From: Dendrobates tinctorius
Lineage: Eukaryota
Length of the DNA stretch: 64,000 nt
Reading direction: 5' to 3'
Assembly (NCBI RefSeq): GCF_039654945.1
Contig: NW_027361824.1
Coordinates: 17,422,001-17,486,000 of the forward strand
Positions 12,617 to 26,034 of this stretch are shown here, piece after piece; position 1 is the stretch's first letter, and each line of letters begins with the position of its first letter. The notes under the pieces were generated by a model that saw only the letters and a list, made by a program, of their open reading frames with translations, had not been told where the DNA came from and did not search any database. The translations under genes were made by a program, and so were the position numbers.

Positions 12617-12720
12617 TCAGGCAATCTCGCCAGAAACCCTGTGTTCATCATTGGGTCTGGCACTTGGGGTGGTCGGGAGACTTCTGACGTAGCTGTCCTC
12701 CGATATCGACATATCTATCT
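12617..12720 (-). CDS. gdpd4: GDPD4 probable terminal coding exon
   Basis: Acceptor cctttatatccccacag in the correct phase; (E)IDMSISEDSYVRSLPTTPSARPNDEHRVSGEIA* followed by TGA TAG; the tail is poorly conserved, so less certain. Confidence 0.55.
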
Positions 12721-13086
12721 CTGTGGGGATATAAAGGCAAGAGAGACAGGTGATAAAGCTGATGACCAGTAGTTCTTATCCGTGGGCTACCGCCACTCTT
12801 AATATGTTGGCTCAATAGTTGTTGCTTTCATTACCATAGCTCACCACTAGATGGCAATGTAACAATGCACTCTTACAATAGTTAATCATCTACATTTAAA
12901 GGGGCAGTGCCGATTCACTATTGCATTTGCGCCTGTTTTGGTCATTTTGCACCAACTTCTTATCATTTGTGCCTTTTTCCAAGTCTATTTGGCGCTAAAA
13001 TTGTCAATCAATAACACAACAAAAATATACTAAACCCCCCATAAATGTTAATTGGTCTCATAGATCTATTCTAAATGATAATTCTA

Positions 13087-13203
13087 CCTACCTGCAGCCA
13101 CCACTAGAGGGGGCTCAATAGCTTACTGCATAGTGTTTAGCAAAATCCTAAATAACAGAGTTTAGCTAGCTCCTAAGCGCCCCTTAGTGGTGATTGCAGG
13201 CAG
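13087..13203. mobile_element. Short inverted-repeat (MITE-like) element with CTCF-like arms
   Basis: CCTGCAGCCACCACTAGAGGGGGCTC ... AGCGCCCCTTAGTGGTGATTGCAGG. Confidence 0.65.
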
Positions 13204-13839
13204 ATAACATTTTATCATGTAACTCAATGGCTCGGTTCACTATTGGATTCGTGCGTTTTTTTGTCTACTTTTTGGTGTTGTCAACTGTTTATAATTTGCA
13301 CCTTTTTTAATGTCTATTTTACGTGTTCATCATTGTGGGTAGAGATTGGGATTTCTAGATGTTTTAGGCTTTTTATAAAAGTTGAAAAAAATTTGACGCA
13401 ACGATACTCGAGACCTCCCCTGGAGTGATTTTATGTGTGTCAGATATGTTTACACACATTTTTAAGTGATAAAAAGTCACAAAACAGTTGAAAAACAAAA
13501 ATAAAAAAAAAACATTTTTGACTTTGCGTGAAATTCTAGAACCCCTGCGCACCATGTTGAAAAGTTTAGTACAAAAAATGGTAAAGATAAAAACATAAGA
13601 CATGACAAAAATGAAAACGGTGACTTAAAAAAAAAAAACTTTGCAAAATTATGAATCAGGGGTCCCATGTCTTGTTATAACTCTGGATCAAAGGAGGAGC
13701 GGCAGCCCTTATTAAGATATATTAAAGGAATTGGGTCAGGTGTCACAAGGCCTCCGACCTGCCACCATATTGGCCTATTACTGTGTTGTATCTGTGATAT
13801 AACAAAGCCCCTGATGCCCCATACAATAGTTTCATATTT

Positions 13840-14355
13840 TTTAAAGAACATCTCATCTAATGTTAATTTGCCGGGACTAGTCCTGGAGTGTGATAAAGTT
13901 CTCAGCAGTCAGGGAGAGGGCGTTACTTCCCCCAGAATAGTCACCCCTCTGGATATGATGGATATCCTTCCCTTCTGAACTCCTTATTCCATCACTGCAC
14001 ATGCACCAAACGTTTGCTCTAAGCATCCCTTCCCGAGCATGTGCAGTAAAGCCGGGAGGATTCCACCGCTTCATCTTCACGGTGTGCATGCTTAAGACGT
14101 TGTACTGACATAGTGACAATCTTCCTTGCTGTGCACGTAATTCCAGCACCGCGTCCCCTTCGCCTTCCTGGGCATGTGCAGGGAAGAGATGAAGTTCATC
14201 AGAGTCCACACGACTTCACTGCACATGCTCAGGAAGGGATGCTTAGAGCAAACGACATGCACATGTGCCCTGCGGGAATTAAGAGTAAAAAGGTGAAGAA
14301 TGCCAGTCACCTCCAGAGGGGTGTGACATCAGGAACTAAGGCCAGACTAGTCTGG
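13840..14355. mobile_element. Palindromic MITE (TTAA-type, T2/Kolobok-like)
   Basis: 14011-14051 is the reverse complement of 14214-14254; outer arms ACCCCTCTGGA/TCCAGAGGGGT and GACTAGTC at both ends. Confidence 0.7.
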
Positions 14356-15769
14356 GGGAAGGAAGGCTTCACTCACTCGTTCTGGCTAATTAACATAAGA
14401 CAATCTGCCGTTTTAAAGGGGTTTTTTGTTTACAAATAAGAAAAATTTTTGTGCAGTAATAGGGGAGTGCAGCTTTCTGGTGGCGGTTTGGGATCCTTGG
14501 ACCTAACAATTTGCCTTTGGTCCTGAAGTCGACATGCAGTTAAAAGGTAGCGTCTCGCTTTAAGAATGGAGTGGTTTTTTCCATGTTCTGATGAACTCTC
14601 GGAGCTGTTGTGCAAAAGAGTGACAGCTCTGTGATTACAGCAGAACACGACGTACCGATCCTTTCCGCCTCTCAGCGTCAATCTCCAAATCCGAGCAGAC
14701 AAGGGAGTGTTGCCGCGTCGCTAATGGATCCGTAGATAATAACCTGCTGCGGCCGCTCGCTCTTTCAAGTGCAAATATCAACACTACATGTCCTCTAGAG
14801 GCTCTTAAAGGGAACACAAGAGGCTTCTAAAGTCTGATAAAGGCTTAAAGTTTTAAATAAAAAAATAAAAATCAGTGTCACCGCACCCCTATTTGAGTGC
14901 TTGACTCTGACTCGCCAAGATCTCAGGGGGTCAGGCCGCATATCCCCCCTGTCAACTAGCGGGAGATCGGGGTGATGTTTGTAATTACATAACTGCCCCT
15001 TTTCAACTAGCACCGCCACGTCCACGTCCCTCTCCCTCCTTCAGAATGTGCCTCTAAACACCAGGGCAATGAAAATCTTGGAGAAGCGGGCAGGCGCTAC
15101 TTTCTACGCAGTGATTCCAGGAAAGATGGCACGTAGGAAGCAGCCGTATCCTCCATGGTCGTGCTACACCGGCTCTGTCTATATCACAGGAATAGCCCCC
15201 GGGGTAGTTGTCCTGTGTAGCACACCAATGGATGAACCATGTGCTGGAAGACTTGTGGGAAGATCGTGCCTAATGCAGCAAGGAAAATTCCATTTTCAAA
15301 AATCCCCAACTTTTCTTATTTCGAAGGGCCAAATCCAAAACCAGGTCAGTGGGAATCAGACTGCGCTGCAAGGTTGTGCTATGTAATGTCTCCGAGATTA
15401 CCTCCCTTTTCTATTCTATTAGTCACTGTACATAACGAGCCACAAGCCCAGACCTGGAGAAAGTGCGGCCATGGAGAGTCAAAAGGCTGCAAACAGTGGC
15501 ATGTCACCACAGCACATGGCCGCTCACCCCACCCAGCGGTAACATGATTTCAACAATATCTGCATTTTCAGGACACATCCAATTGCATACAATGGTGGAA
15601 GGTCTGTCGGCCCCCTCTACCATCATCCAGCCCGAGTGTCTGACTCTCCATAACACTAGATCCAGGACCTCAGTCTGCTGTACAGGCCGGAGCAGCGTGC
15701 CGGGAGAACGTGGGTGAGGGGAGTATTTTTTTTTTCTATTGTCAGTCACTACTTGTGTCAGGGGAGTGT

Positions 15770-16128
15770 AGGGGCATCATAAGGTGTGGTGTTATTTGTG
15801 GGGGCATCATGCTGCATATGGGGGGCTGTGGGTACATTATACTGTGTGGGGGGGCTGTAGGGGCATAGCATAGTACTGTGTGTGGGGCGGTTGTGGGGGC
15901 ATTATACTGTGTGGGGGGGCTGTAGGAGCATAGCATTGTACTGTGTGTGGGGCGGTTGTGGGGGCATTATACTGTGTGGGGGGGCTGTAGGAGCATAGCA
16001 TTGTACTGTGTGTGGGGCGGTTGTGGGGGAATTATACTGTGTGTTGGGATATTATACTGTGGTCTGAAGGGGTCTGAGCTATTCATCATACATTGCATTG
16101 TGGTCATTATACTCTGTAGGGGAAGTTG

Positions 16129-16181
<53 letters not shown>

Positions 16182-16560
16182 ATCACACTGTGTGAGGGGG
16201 CATCATACTGTATGTGGGGATATCATACCGTGTGTGATGACATCATACTGTGCAGTGAAGAGGTCTGTGCCATTCATGTATGGGTAGCTTTGGGAGCACA
16301 ATACTCTGGTGGGTCTGTAAATGCTTTATACAGTGTGTGTGTGTGTGGGGGGGGGTTGTGTGAGCATCATACTATATTTGGGAGGCCACGGAGGTCATCA
16401 TACTGTGTGAGGGACATGATACTATGTGCAAGAGGCTGTGCTATCCATAATACTGTGTGGGGGGGGTTGTGGAGACATCATACTGTCTGTGGGGGGTTGT
16501 GGAGACATCATACTGTCTGTGGGGGGTTGTGGAGACATCATACTGTGTGGGAACATTATA
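15770..16560. repeat. Degenerate ~30-bp G-rich repeat with a (GT)n microsatellite at ~16132-16177
   Basis: Recurrent ATCATACTGTGTGGGGGG units. Confidence 0.75.
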
Positions 16561-16903
16561 TATGAAGGGGCTGTGCCCATTCATTTGCATTTTGGAGCGG
16601 AACCCTGCTGAAAAAAAAACAAAACAGATTTTTTGCAGGTGGGAACATGAGCTAATAAGAATAAGGCTAGAGTAAGTGATGATCAGCACCATCAGTAACT
16701 GCCAGCCTGCTTGTTGATGGTTTCCATAGAATTGAGGGAGGCACACTAAGGGGCCACGCATCTCCATCAGGAGGAGGAGGCAGAAGAAATCTGAGCATAT
16801 ATAGCACAGAACTAGATAGAACAAAACTGACATGCTACATGACCTTGCAGCCTCCATGTCTTCTTTGAGGCCCTGTTCAGACACCGAGCTCCGGGTCACT
16901 TAC

Positions 16904-16983
16904 CTGTTTTGAATGTGTTGTAGAATCCACTGTCGGGAACTTCATTACTTTCTGGACAACATGAGAAGCCCCTTTCTCTCCAC
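16904..16983 (-). CDS. gdpd4: GDPD4 coding exon 14
   Basis: tttag|G TGG...ACA G|gtaagt, 80 nt; WRERGFSCCPESNEVPDSGFYNTFKT; phase fits the neighbouring exons. Confidence 0.85.
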
Positions 16984-17063
16984 CTAAAACCATGAAAAAT
17001 ACAAAGAGCCTCATGATCAACCAGTATTAACCACCTAATATAGAAGACGGCCAGGGAAACCAA

Positions 17064-18091
17064 TGTGGCGCCCCCAGGAGTACGGTCGCCACAGTGGCAT
17101 TACCCTCCTCCTAGGGAGTGTGATGTCATGCTTGGAAGCAATGAAGGGTCTCTCTGTCAGTTAATCACAACACACAACACAGTTCTCATTCCAGGCCAGC
17201 AGAGGGAGCTCTGAAGCCAAAACTGGGGGGGAAGAGCTGCTCTCTGGGGGCCAGGAATGGGAAATTAGTGAGTTCCTGTGAGGAGGGCAACGTGTGTGGA
17301 CGTGTGGAGAAGAGCTGGGAGATTGAACAGAGAGTTCAGGCTCATTCCCAGCTACAGCGCATGATCTGGAGCCCGGTCTCCAAGGCTGTACGGACACTGA
17401 TGGTCCTGCATCAGAAACCGGAGGAATAGGAAGCTGTAAATGCTCTATTCCCACATAAGACTCGGAGGCACAACAGCGACGGGTGAGCCAGAAGAGGAAG
17501 GCTACAGCTGTCTGCCATACGAGGGAGTTCTAAAGAGAATAAGCAATTGGAACTTCAGTGTAACACAGTACTGCAAGTACCTAAAACTAAGCGCTAGGAA
17601 GGAGACTACACAACCCATCTGCATAGAGAGATTCCGGAGTTGCTTCCAGGCTAATCAGCTCCTGTGCCATCTGTAACCAGGACCCTGGACTGCATTTGCA
17701 AAGTAAAGGTAAAGAAACTGCACCCTATTGTGTCCTTGCCTTCTTCCTGCAACCCCGTCAGCACTGCATCATCCCTGTGCCAGGCACTGCACCCTCTTCC
17801 TCACCACCTATCCTCACTGTCCTGGGACTACAGCCCTGCCTGTGGAGGGCTACACCATCATTGCTCCACCACACCTTCTGTCCCAGGGGATCTGTCCGCA
17901 GCGTCGACTTAACATCTTCATTGCCGAACACCACAGGTGGCGTCACGAATCATTCACTCAAACTTTATTCCATCACTTAACCCCTTTTACATGGGCGCCC
18001 AGGGCCACGAACCGGGTCACCGCTGCTGTGACACTGCCCTCTGAGATACCGGCCTGGTACAGAGTACCCCACTGCCCTGGCGGGCGACCCA
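17064..18091 (+). mobile_element. Solo LTR (Gypsy-like)
   Basis: TG...CA termini with short inverted ends TGTGGCGCCC/GGGCGACCCA; 4-bp TSD CCAA/CCAG; interrupts the CCAGGGAAACCAATATTAC repeat. Confidence 0.6.
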
Positions 18092-18650
18092 CCAGTATTA
18101 CTCTTCCACCATTATAGACCACCAACTAAAACCAACATTACCCCTTCACTACCCTAGAACCCCAAGGGAACCAGTATCATCCCTCCACTACCTTAGACCA
18201 CACAGGGAAACAAATATTACCTTTCCACTACCCTAGGCCACCAGGGAAAGTATTATTATCCCTCCATTACGCTAGACATACAAGAAAACTGGTATTACCC
18301 CTTCCACAACCTTAAATCACCCGAAAACATCTATTACCTGTTTCCTTCACTAGACCTCCATGGAAAACATTATGACATTACTACTGCTACCCGAGACCCT
18401 CAGTAAAACAAATATTATCTTTCCCCTACTCTAGACTAAAAGGGAAACCAATATTACCCCTCTACTATCCTAGACCACCAGGGAAACTAGCATTAACCCT
18501 CGAATACCCTAGGAGGCATACAATGGGGGTCAATGTCATGTCATCAACAGGTATAGACCAGCAGGGAAGAGAACAATAATCCTTTCACTGTCCTAGACCA
18601 CCAATGATATCTGCAATTACCCGTTTCCAGACGTAGACCACCAGGGCATA
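18092..18650. repeat. Degenerate ~38-bp repeat
   Basis: Recurrent CCAGGGAAACCAATATTACCCCTCCACTACCCTAGACCA. Confidence 0.7.
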
Positions 18651-18821
18651 GTACCATGAATTCCTAATTGCTGTTTGGCTAATCCTTGCACCATTCAACA
18701 ATATATATCTAATGGGTTAATTTGGGGGGGTCACTAACTGCCCCTATGTATCGGAGCAGAGGTTTCTAGATGATATTTTAATTAAGAGCACGAAAACAAG
18801 TATCAGAAAAGAAGGACTCAC

Positions 18822-18904
18822 CAGTGCAGCACAAAGATGAGCGATATCAGCAAGGCAGAAACGACATCAGTGAGAATCCACATCAGATTGTACTGACCCG
18901 GGGT
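18822..18904 (-). CDS. gdpd4: GDPD4 coding exon 13 (last TM helix)
   Basis: cccag|ACC...TG|gtgagt, 83 nt; TPGQYNLMWILTDVVSALLISLIFVLHW. Confidence 0.92.
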
Positions 18905-19008
18905 CTGGGAGACAGGAGGAGATGACGGGGGCCGGTGAGTCCGAGAGCCGCAGACATACAGGAAGCAAAAACAGAACTGTCTATATAATAACAGAAAGTA
19001 CAAAATAC

Positions 19009-19156
19009 CAAGAGAAACATCGGCTCCTGCATCTTCTTCAGCGCCTGCACAGAATTAGTGGTGACAGAATACGCTCCAGAGCACCAAGCCAAGGAGAACA
19101 GCCACGGCTCGCTGATCACATACAGGTTAGTGGTAATATTGGCAGCGGCGTACTCA
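19009..19156 (-). CDS. gdpd4: GDPD4 coding exon 12
   Basis: gtag|T GAG...TTG|gt, 148 nt; EYAAANITTNLYVISEPWLFSLAWCSGAYSVTTNSVQALKKMQEPMFLL. Confidence 0.93.
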
Positions 19157-22100
19157 CTACAATACAAAAGAAATACAAGAGTCAATATTGTTTTATTCAT
19201 ATTGATCATTATTATAGGAGCAGTATTATAGTAGTTATATTCTTGTACATAGGGAGCAGTATTATAGTAGTTATATTCTTGTACATAGGAGCAGTATTAT
19301 AGTATTTATATTCTTGTACATAGGGAGCAGTATTATAGTAGTTATATTCTTGTACATAGGGGCAGTATTATAGTATTTATATTCTTGTACATAGGAACAG
19401 TATTATAGTAGTTATATTCTTGTACATAGGAGCAGTATTATAGTAGTTATATTCTTGTACATAGGGAGCAGTATTATAGTAGTTATATTCTTGTATATAG
19501 GGGCAGTATTATAGTATTTATATTCTTGTACATAGGAACAGTAGTATAGTAGTTATATTCTTGTACATAGGGGCAGTATTATAGTAGTTATATTCTTGTA
19601 TATAGGGGCAGTATTATAGTATTTATATTCTTGTACATAGGAACAGTATTATAGTAGTTATATTCTTGTACATAGGAGCAGTATTATAGTAGTTATATTC
19701 TTGTACATAGGGAGCAGTATTATAGTAGTTATATTCTTGTATATAGGGGCAGTATTATAGTATTTATATTCTTGTATATAGGGGCAGTATTATAGTATTT
19801 ATATTCTTGTACATAGGAACAGTATTATAGTAGTTATATTCTTGTACATAGGAGCAGTATTATAGTAGTTATATTCTTGTATATAGGGACAGTATTATAG
19901 TAGTTATATTCTTGTATATAGGAGCAGTATTATAGTAGTTATATTCTTGTACATAGGAGCAGTATTATAGTAGTTATATTCTTGTATATAGGGACAGTAT
20001 TATAGTAGTTATATTCTTGTACATAGGGGCAGTATTATAGTAGTTATATTCTTGTACATAGGGAGCAGTATTATAGTAGTTATATTCTTGTACATAGGAG
20101 CAGTATTATAGTAGTTATATTCTTGTATATAGGGGCAGTATTATAGTAGTTATATTCTTGTACATAGGAACAGTATTATAGTAGTTATATTCTTGTACAT
20201 AGGAGCAGTATTATAGTAGTTATATTCTTGTACATAGGAGCAGTATTATAGTAGTTATATTCTTGTATATAGGGACAGTATTATAGTAGTTATATTCTTG
20301 TACATAGGGGGCAGTATTATAGTACTTATATTCTTGTACATAGGAACAGTATTATAGTAGTTATATTCTTGTACATAGGAGCAGTATTATAGTAGTTATA
20401 TTCTTGTACATAGGAGCAGTATTATAGTAGTTATATTCTTGTATATAGGGACAGTATTATAGTAGTTATATTCTTGTACATAGGAGCAGTATTATAGTAG
20501 TTATATTCTTGTACATAGGGAGCAGTATTATAGTAGTTATATTCTTGTACATAGGAGCAGTATTATAGTAGTTATATTCTTGTATATAGGGGCAGTATTA
20601 TAGTAGTTATATTCTTATACATAGGGGGCAGTATTATAGTAGTTATATTCTTGTACATAGGAGCAGTATTATAGTAGTTATATTCTTGTATATAGGAGCA
20701 GTATTATAGTAGTTATATTCTTGTACATAGGAGCAGTATTATAGTAGTTATACTCTTGTACATAGGAGCAGTATTATAGTAGTTATATTCTTGTATATAG
20801 GAGCAGTATTATAGTAGTTATATTCTTGTATATAGGAGCAGTATTATAGTAGTTATATTCTTGTATATAGGGGCAGTATTATAGTAGTTATATTCTTGTA
20901 CATAGGGGCAGTAATATAGTAGTTATATTCTTGTACATAGGAGCAGTATTATAGTAGTTATATTCTTGTACATAGGAGCAGTATTATAGTAGTTATATTC
21001 TTGTACATAGGGACAGTATTATAGTAGTTATATTCTTCTACATAGGGGCACTATTATAGTAGTTATATTCTACTACATAGGGAGCAGTATTATAGTAGTT
21101 ATATTCTTGTACATAGGGGGCAGTAGTATAGTAGTTATATTCATGTACATAGGGGGCAGTATTATAGTAGTTATATTCTTGTACATAGGGGGCAGTATTA
21201 TAGTAGTTATATTCTTGTACATTGGGGCAGTATTATAGTAGTTATATTCTTGTACATAGGGGCAGTATTATAGTAGTTATATTCTTGTACATAGGAGCAG
21301 TATTATAGTAGTTATATTCTTGTACATAGGAGCAGTATTATAGTAGTTATATTCTTGTACATAGGGACAGTATTATAGTAGTTATATTCTTCTACATAGG
21401 GGCACTATTATAGTAGTTATATTCTACTACATAGGGAGCAGTATTATAGTAGTTATATTCTTGTACATAGGGGGCAGTAGTATAGTAGTTATATTCATGT
21501 ACATAGGGGCAGTATTATAGTAGTTATATTCTTGTACATAGGGGGCAGTATTATAGTAGTTATATTCTTGTACATTGGGGCAGTATTATAGTAGTTATAT
21601 TCTTGTACATAGGGGCAGTATTATAGTAGTTATATTCTTGTACATAGGAGCAGTATTATAGTAGTTATATTCTTGTACATAGGAGCAGTATTATAGTAGT
21701 TATATTCTTGTACATAGGAGCAGTATTATAGTAGTTATATTCTTGTATATAGGGGCAGTATTATAGTAGTTATATTCTTGTACATAGGGGCAGTATTATA
21801 GTAGTTATATTCTTGTACATAGGAGCAGTATTATAGTAGTTATATTCTTGTACATAGGAGCAGTATTATAGTAGTTATATTCTTGTACATAGGGGCAGTA
21901 TTATAGTAGTTATATTCTTCTACATAGGGAGCAGTATTATAGTAGTTATATTCTTGTACATAGGGGGGCAGTAGTATAGTAGTTATATTCATGTACATAG
22001 GAGCAGTATTATAGCAGATATATTCTTGTACATAGGGAGCAGTATTATAGTAGTTATATTCTTGTATATAGGGGCAGTATTATAGTAGCTATATTCTTGT

Positions 22101-24427
22101 ATATAGGAGTAGAATTATAGTAGTTATATTCTTGTACATAGGGGGCAGTATTATAGTAGTTATATTCTTGTACATTAGGGCAGTATTATAGCAGATATAT
22201 TCTTGTACATAGGGAGCAGTATTATAGAAGTTATATTCTTGTATATAGGGGCAGTATTATAGTAGCTATATTCTTGTATATAGGGGCAGTATTATAGTAG
22301 TTATATTCTTGTACATAGGAGCAGTATTATAGTAGTTATATTCTTGTACATAGGAGCAGTATTATAGTAGTTATATTCTTGTACATAGGGGCAGTATTAT
22401 AGTAGTTATATTCTTCTACATAGGGGCAGTATTATAGTAGTTATATTCTTCTACATAGGGAGCAGTATTATAGTAGTTATATTCTTGTACATAGGGGCAG
22501 TATTATAGTAGTTATATTCTTGTACATAGGAGCAGTATTATAGTAGTTACCGTATATTCTTGTACATAGGAGCAGTATTATAGTAGTTATATTCTTGTAC
22601 ATAGGGGCAGTATTATAGTAGTTATATTCTTCTACATAGGGGCAGTATTATAGTAGTTATATTCTTCTACATAGGGAGCAGTATTATAGTAGTTATATTC
22701 TTGTACATAGGGGGGCAGTAGTATAGTAGTTATATTCATGTACATAGGGGCAGTATTATAGTAGTTATATTCTTGTACATAGGAGCAGTATTATAGCAGA
22801 TATATTCTTGTACATAGGGAGCAGTATTATAGTAGTTATATTCTTGTATATAGGGGCAGTATTATAGTAGCTATATTCTTGTATATAGGAGTAGAATTAT
22901 AGTAGTTATATTCTTGTACATAGGGGGCAGTATTATAGTAGTTATATTCTTGTACATTAGGGCAGTATTATAGCAGATATATTCTTGTACATAGGGAGCA
23001 GTATTATAGAAGTTATATTCTTGTATATAGGGGCAGTATTATAGTAGCTATATTCTTGTATATAGGGGCAGTATTATAGTAGTTATATTCTTGTACATAG
23101 GAGCAGTATTATAGTAGTTATATTCTTGTACATAGGAGCAGTATTATAGTAGTTATATTCTTGTACATAGGGGCAGTATTATAATAGTTATATTCTTCTA
23201 CATAGGGGCAGTATTATAGTAGTTATATTCTTCTACATAGGGAGCAGTATTATAGTAGTTATATTCTTGTACATAGGGGGGCAGTAGTATAGTAGTTATA
23301 TTCATGTACATAGGGGCAGTATTATAGTAGTTATATTCTTGTACATAGGGGGCAGTATTATAGTAGTTATATTCTTGTACATTGGGGCAGTATTATAGTA
23401 GTTATATTCTTGTACATAGGAGCAGTATTATAGCAGATATATTCTTGTACATAGGGAGCAGTATTATAGTAGTTATATTCTTGTATATAGGGGCAGTATT
23501 ATAGTAGCTATATTCTTGTATATAGGAGTAGAATCATAGTAGTTATATTCTTGTACATTAGGGCAGTATTATAGCAGATATATTCTTGTACATAGGGAGC
23601 AGTATTATAGTAGTTATATTCTTGTATGTAGGGGCAGTATTATAGTAGCTATATTCTTGTATATAGGGGCAGTATTATAGCAGATATATTCTTGTACATA
23701 GGGAGCAGTATTATAGTAGTTATATTCTTGTATATAGGGGCAGTATTATAGTAGTTATATTCTTGTACATAGGAGCAGTATTATAGTAGTTATATTCTTG
23801 TACATAGGGGGCAGTATTATAGTAGTTATATTCTTGTACATAGGGGCAGTATTATAGTAGCTATATTCTTGTACATAGGGGGCAGTATTATAGTAGTTAT
23901 ATTCTTGTACATAGGAGCAGTATTATAGTAGTTATATTCTTGTACATTAGGGCAGTATTATAGCAGATATATTCTTGTACATAGGGAGCAGTATTATAGT
24001 AGTTATATTCTTGTATATAGGGGCAGTATTATAGTAGTTATATTCTTGTACATTGGGGGCAGTATTATAGTAGTTATATTCTTGTACATAGGAGCAGTAT
24101 TATAGTAGTTATATTCTTGTACATAGGAGCAGTATTATAGTAGTTATATTCTTGTACATTAGGGCAGTATTATAGTAGTTATATTCTTGTACATTAGGGC
24201 AGTATTATAGTAGTTATACTCTTGTACATTGGGGCAGTATTATAGTAGTTATATTCTTGTACATAGGAGCAGTATTATAGTAGTTTTATTCTTGTATATA
24301 GGGGCAGTATTACAGTAGTTATATTCTTGTACATAGGAGCAGTATTATAGTAGTTATATTCTTGTACATTAGGGCAGTATTATAGCAGATATATTCTTGT
24401 ACATAGGGAGCAGTATTATAGTAGTTA

Positions 24428-26034
24428 CAGTGGGGAAAAAAAGTATTTAGTCAGTCAGCAATAGTGCAAGTTCCACCACTTAAAAAGATGAGAGGCGTCT
24501 GTAATTTACATCATAGGTAGACCTCAACTATGGGAGACAAACTGAGAAAAAAAAATCCAGAAAATCACATTGTCTGTTTTTTTTTTCATTTTATTTGCAT
24601 ATTATGGTGGAAAATAAGTATTTGGACAGAAACAAAATTTCATCTCAATACTTTGTGATATATCCTTTGTTGGCAATGACAGAGGTCAAACGTTTTCTGT
24701 AAGTCTTCACAAGGTTGCCACACACTGTTGTTGGTATGTTGGCCCATTCCTCCATGCAGATCTCCTCTAGAGCAGTGATGTTTTTGGCTTTTCGCTTGGC
24801 AACACGGACTTTCAACTCCCTCCAAAGGTTTTCTATAGGGTTGAGATCTGGAGACTGGCTAGGCCACTCCAGGACCTTGAAATGCTTCTTACGAAGCCAC
24901 TCCTTCGTTGCCCTGGCGGTGTGCTTTGGATCATTGTCATGTTGAAAGACCCAGCCACGTTTCATCTTCAATGCCCTTGCTGATGGAAGGAGGTTTGCAC
25001 TCAAAATCTCACGATACATGGCCCCAGTCATTCTTTCATGTACCCGGATCAGTCGTCCTGGCCCCTTTGCAGAGAAACAGCCCCAAAGCATGATGTTTCC
25101 ACCACCATGCTTTACAGTAGGTATGGTGTTTGATGGATGCAACTCAGTATTCTTTTTTCTCCAAACACGACAAGTTGTGTTTCTACCAAACAGTTCCAGT
25201 TTGGTTTCATCAGACCATAGGACATTCTCCCAAAACTCCTCTGGATCATCCAAAAGCTCTCTAGCAAACTTCAGACGGGCCCGGACATGTACAGGCTTAA
25301 GCAGTGGGACACGTCTGGCACTGCAGGATCTGAGTCCATGGTGGCGTAGTGTGTTACTTATGGTAGGCCTTGTTACATTGGTCCCAGCTCTCTGCAGTTC
25401 ATTCACTAGGTCCCCCCGCGTGGTTCTGGGATTTTTGCTCACCGTTCTTGTGATCATTCTGACCCCACGGGGTGGGATTTTGCGTGGAGCACCAGATTGA
25501 GGGAGATTATCAGTGGTCTTGTATGTCTTCCATTTTCTAATTATTGATCCCACAGTTGATTTCTTCACTCCAAGCTGGTTGGCTATTGCAGATTCAGTCT
25601 TCCCGGCCTGGTGCAGGGCTACAATTTTGTTTCTGGTGTCCTTTGACAGCTCTTTGGTCTTCACCATAGTGGAGTTTGGAGTCAGACTGTTTGAGGGTGT
25701 GCACAGGTGTCTTTTTATACTGATAACAAGTTTAAACAGGTGCCATTACTACAGGTAATGAGTGGAGGAAAGAGGAGACTCTTAAAGAAGTAGTTACAGG
25801 TCTGTGAGAGCCAGAAATCTTGATTGCTTGTTTCTGACCAAATACTTATTTTCCACCATAATATGCAAATAAAATGAAAAAAAAAAACAGACAATGTGAT
25901 TTTCTGGATTTTTTTCTCAGTTTGTCTCCCATAGTTGAGGTCTACCTATGATGTAAATTACAGATGCCTCTCATCTTTTTAAGTGGTGGAACTTGCACTA
26001 TTGCTGACTGACTAAATACTTTTTTTCCCCACTG
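24428..26034 (-). mobile_element. Full-length Tc1 transposon (IR/DR type, DD34E)
   Basis: TA|CAGTGGGGAAAAAAAGTATTT...AAATACTTTTTTTCCCCACTG|TA; ~200-bp near-identical TIRs; TA TSD; 1607 bp. Confidence 0.96.
24645..25667 (-). CDS. Tc1 transposase, 340 aa, uninterrupted
   Basis: Paired-like HTH N-terminus; WSDETK, FQHDND and DLNPIE motifs with D-34-E spacing. Confidence 0.93.
   Translation of the reverse strand: MVKTKELSKDTRNKIVALHQAGKTESAIANQLGVKKSTVGSIIRKWKTYKTTDNLPQSGAPRKIPPRGVRMITRTVSKNPRTTRGDLVNELQRAGTNVTRPTISNTLRHHGLRSCSARRVPLLKPVHVRARLKFARELLDDPEEFWENVLWSDETKLELFGRNTTCRVWRKKNTELHPSNTIPTVKHGGGNIMLWGCFSAKGPGRLIRVHERMTGAMYREILSANLLPSARALKMKRGWVFQHDNDPKHTARATKEWLRKKHFKVLEWPSQSPDLNPIENLWRELKVRVAKRKAKNITALEEICMEEWANIPTTVCGNLVKTYRKRLTSVIANKGYITKY

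Noticed and set aside
15504-15680. Exon-like minus-strand segment with cag acceptor and gtgagc donor
   Set aside because: In the phase required by gdpd4 exon 14 it reaches a stop immediately; no recognisable homology
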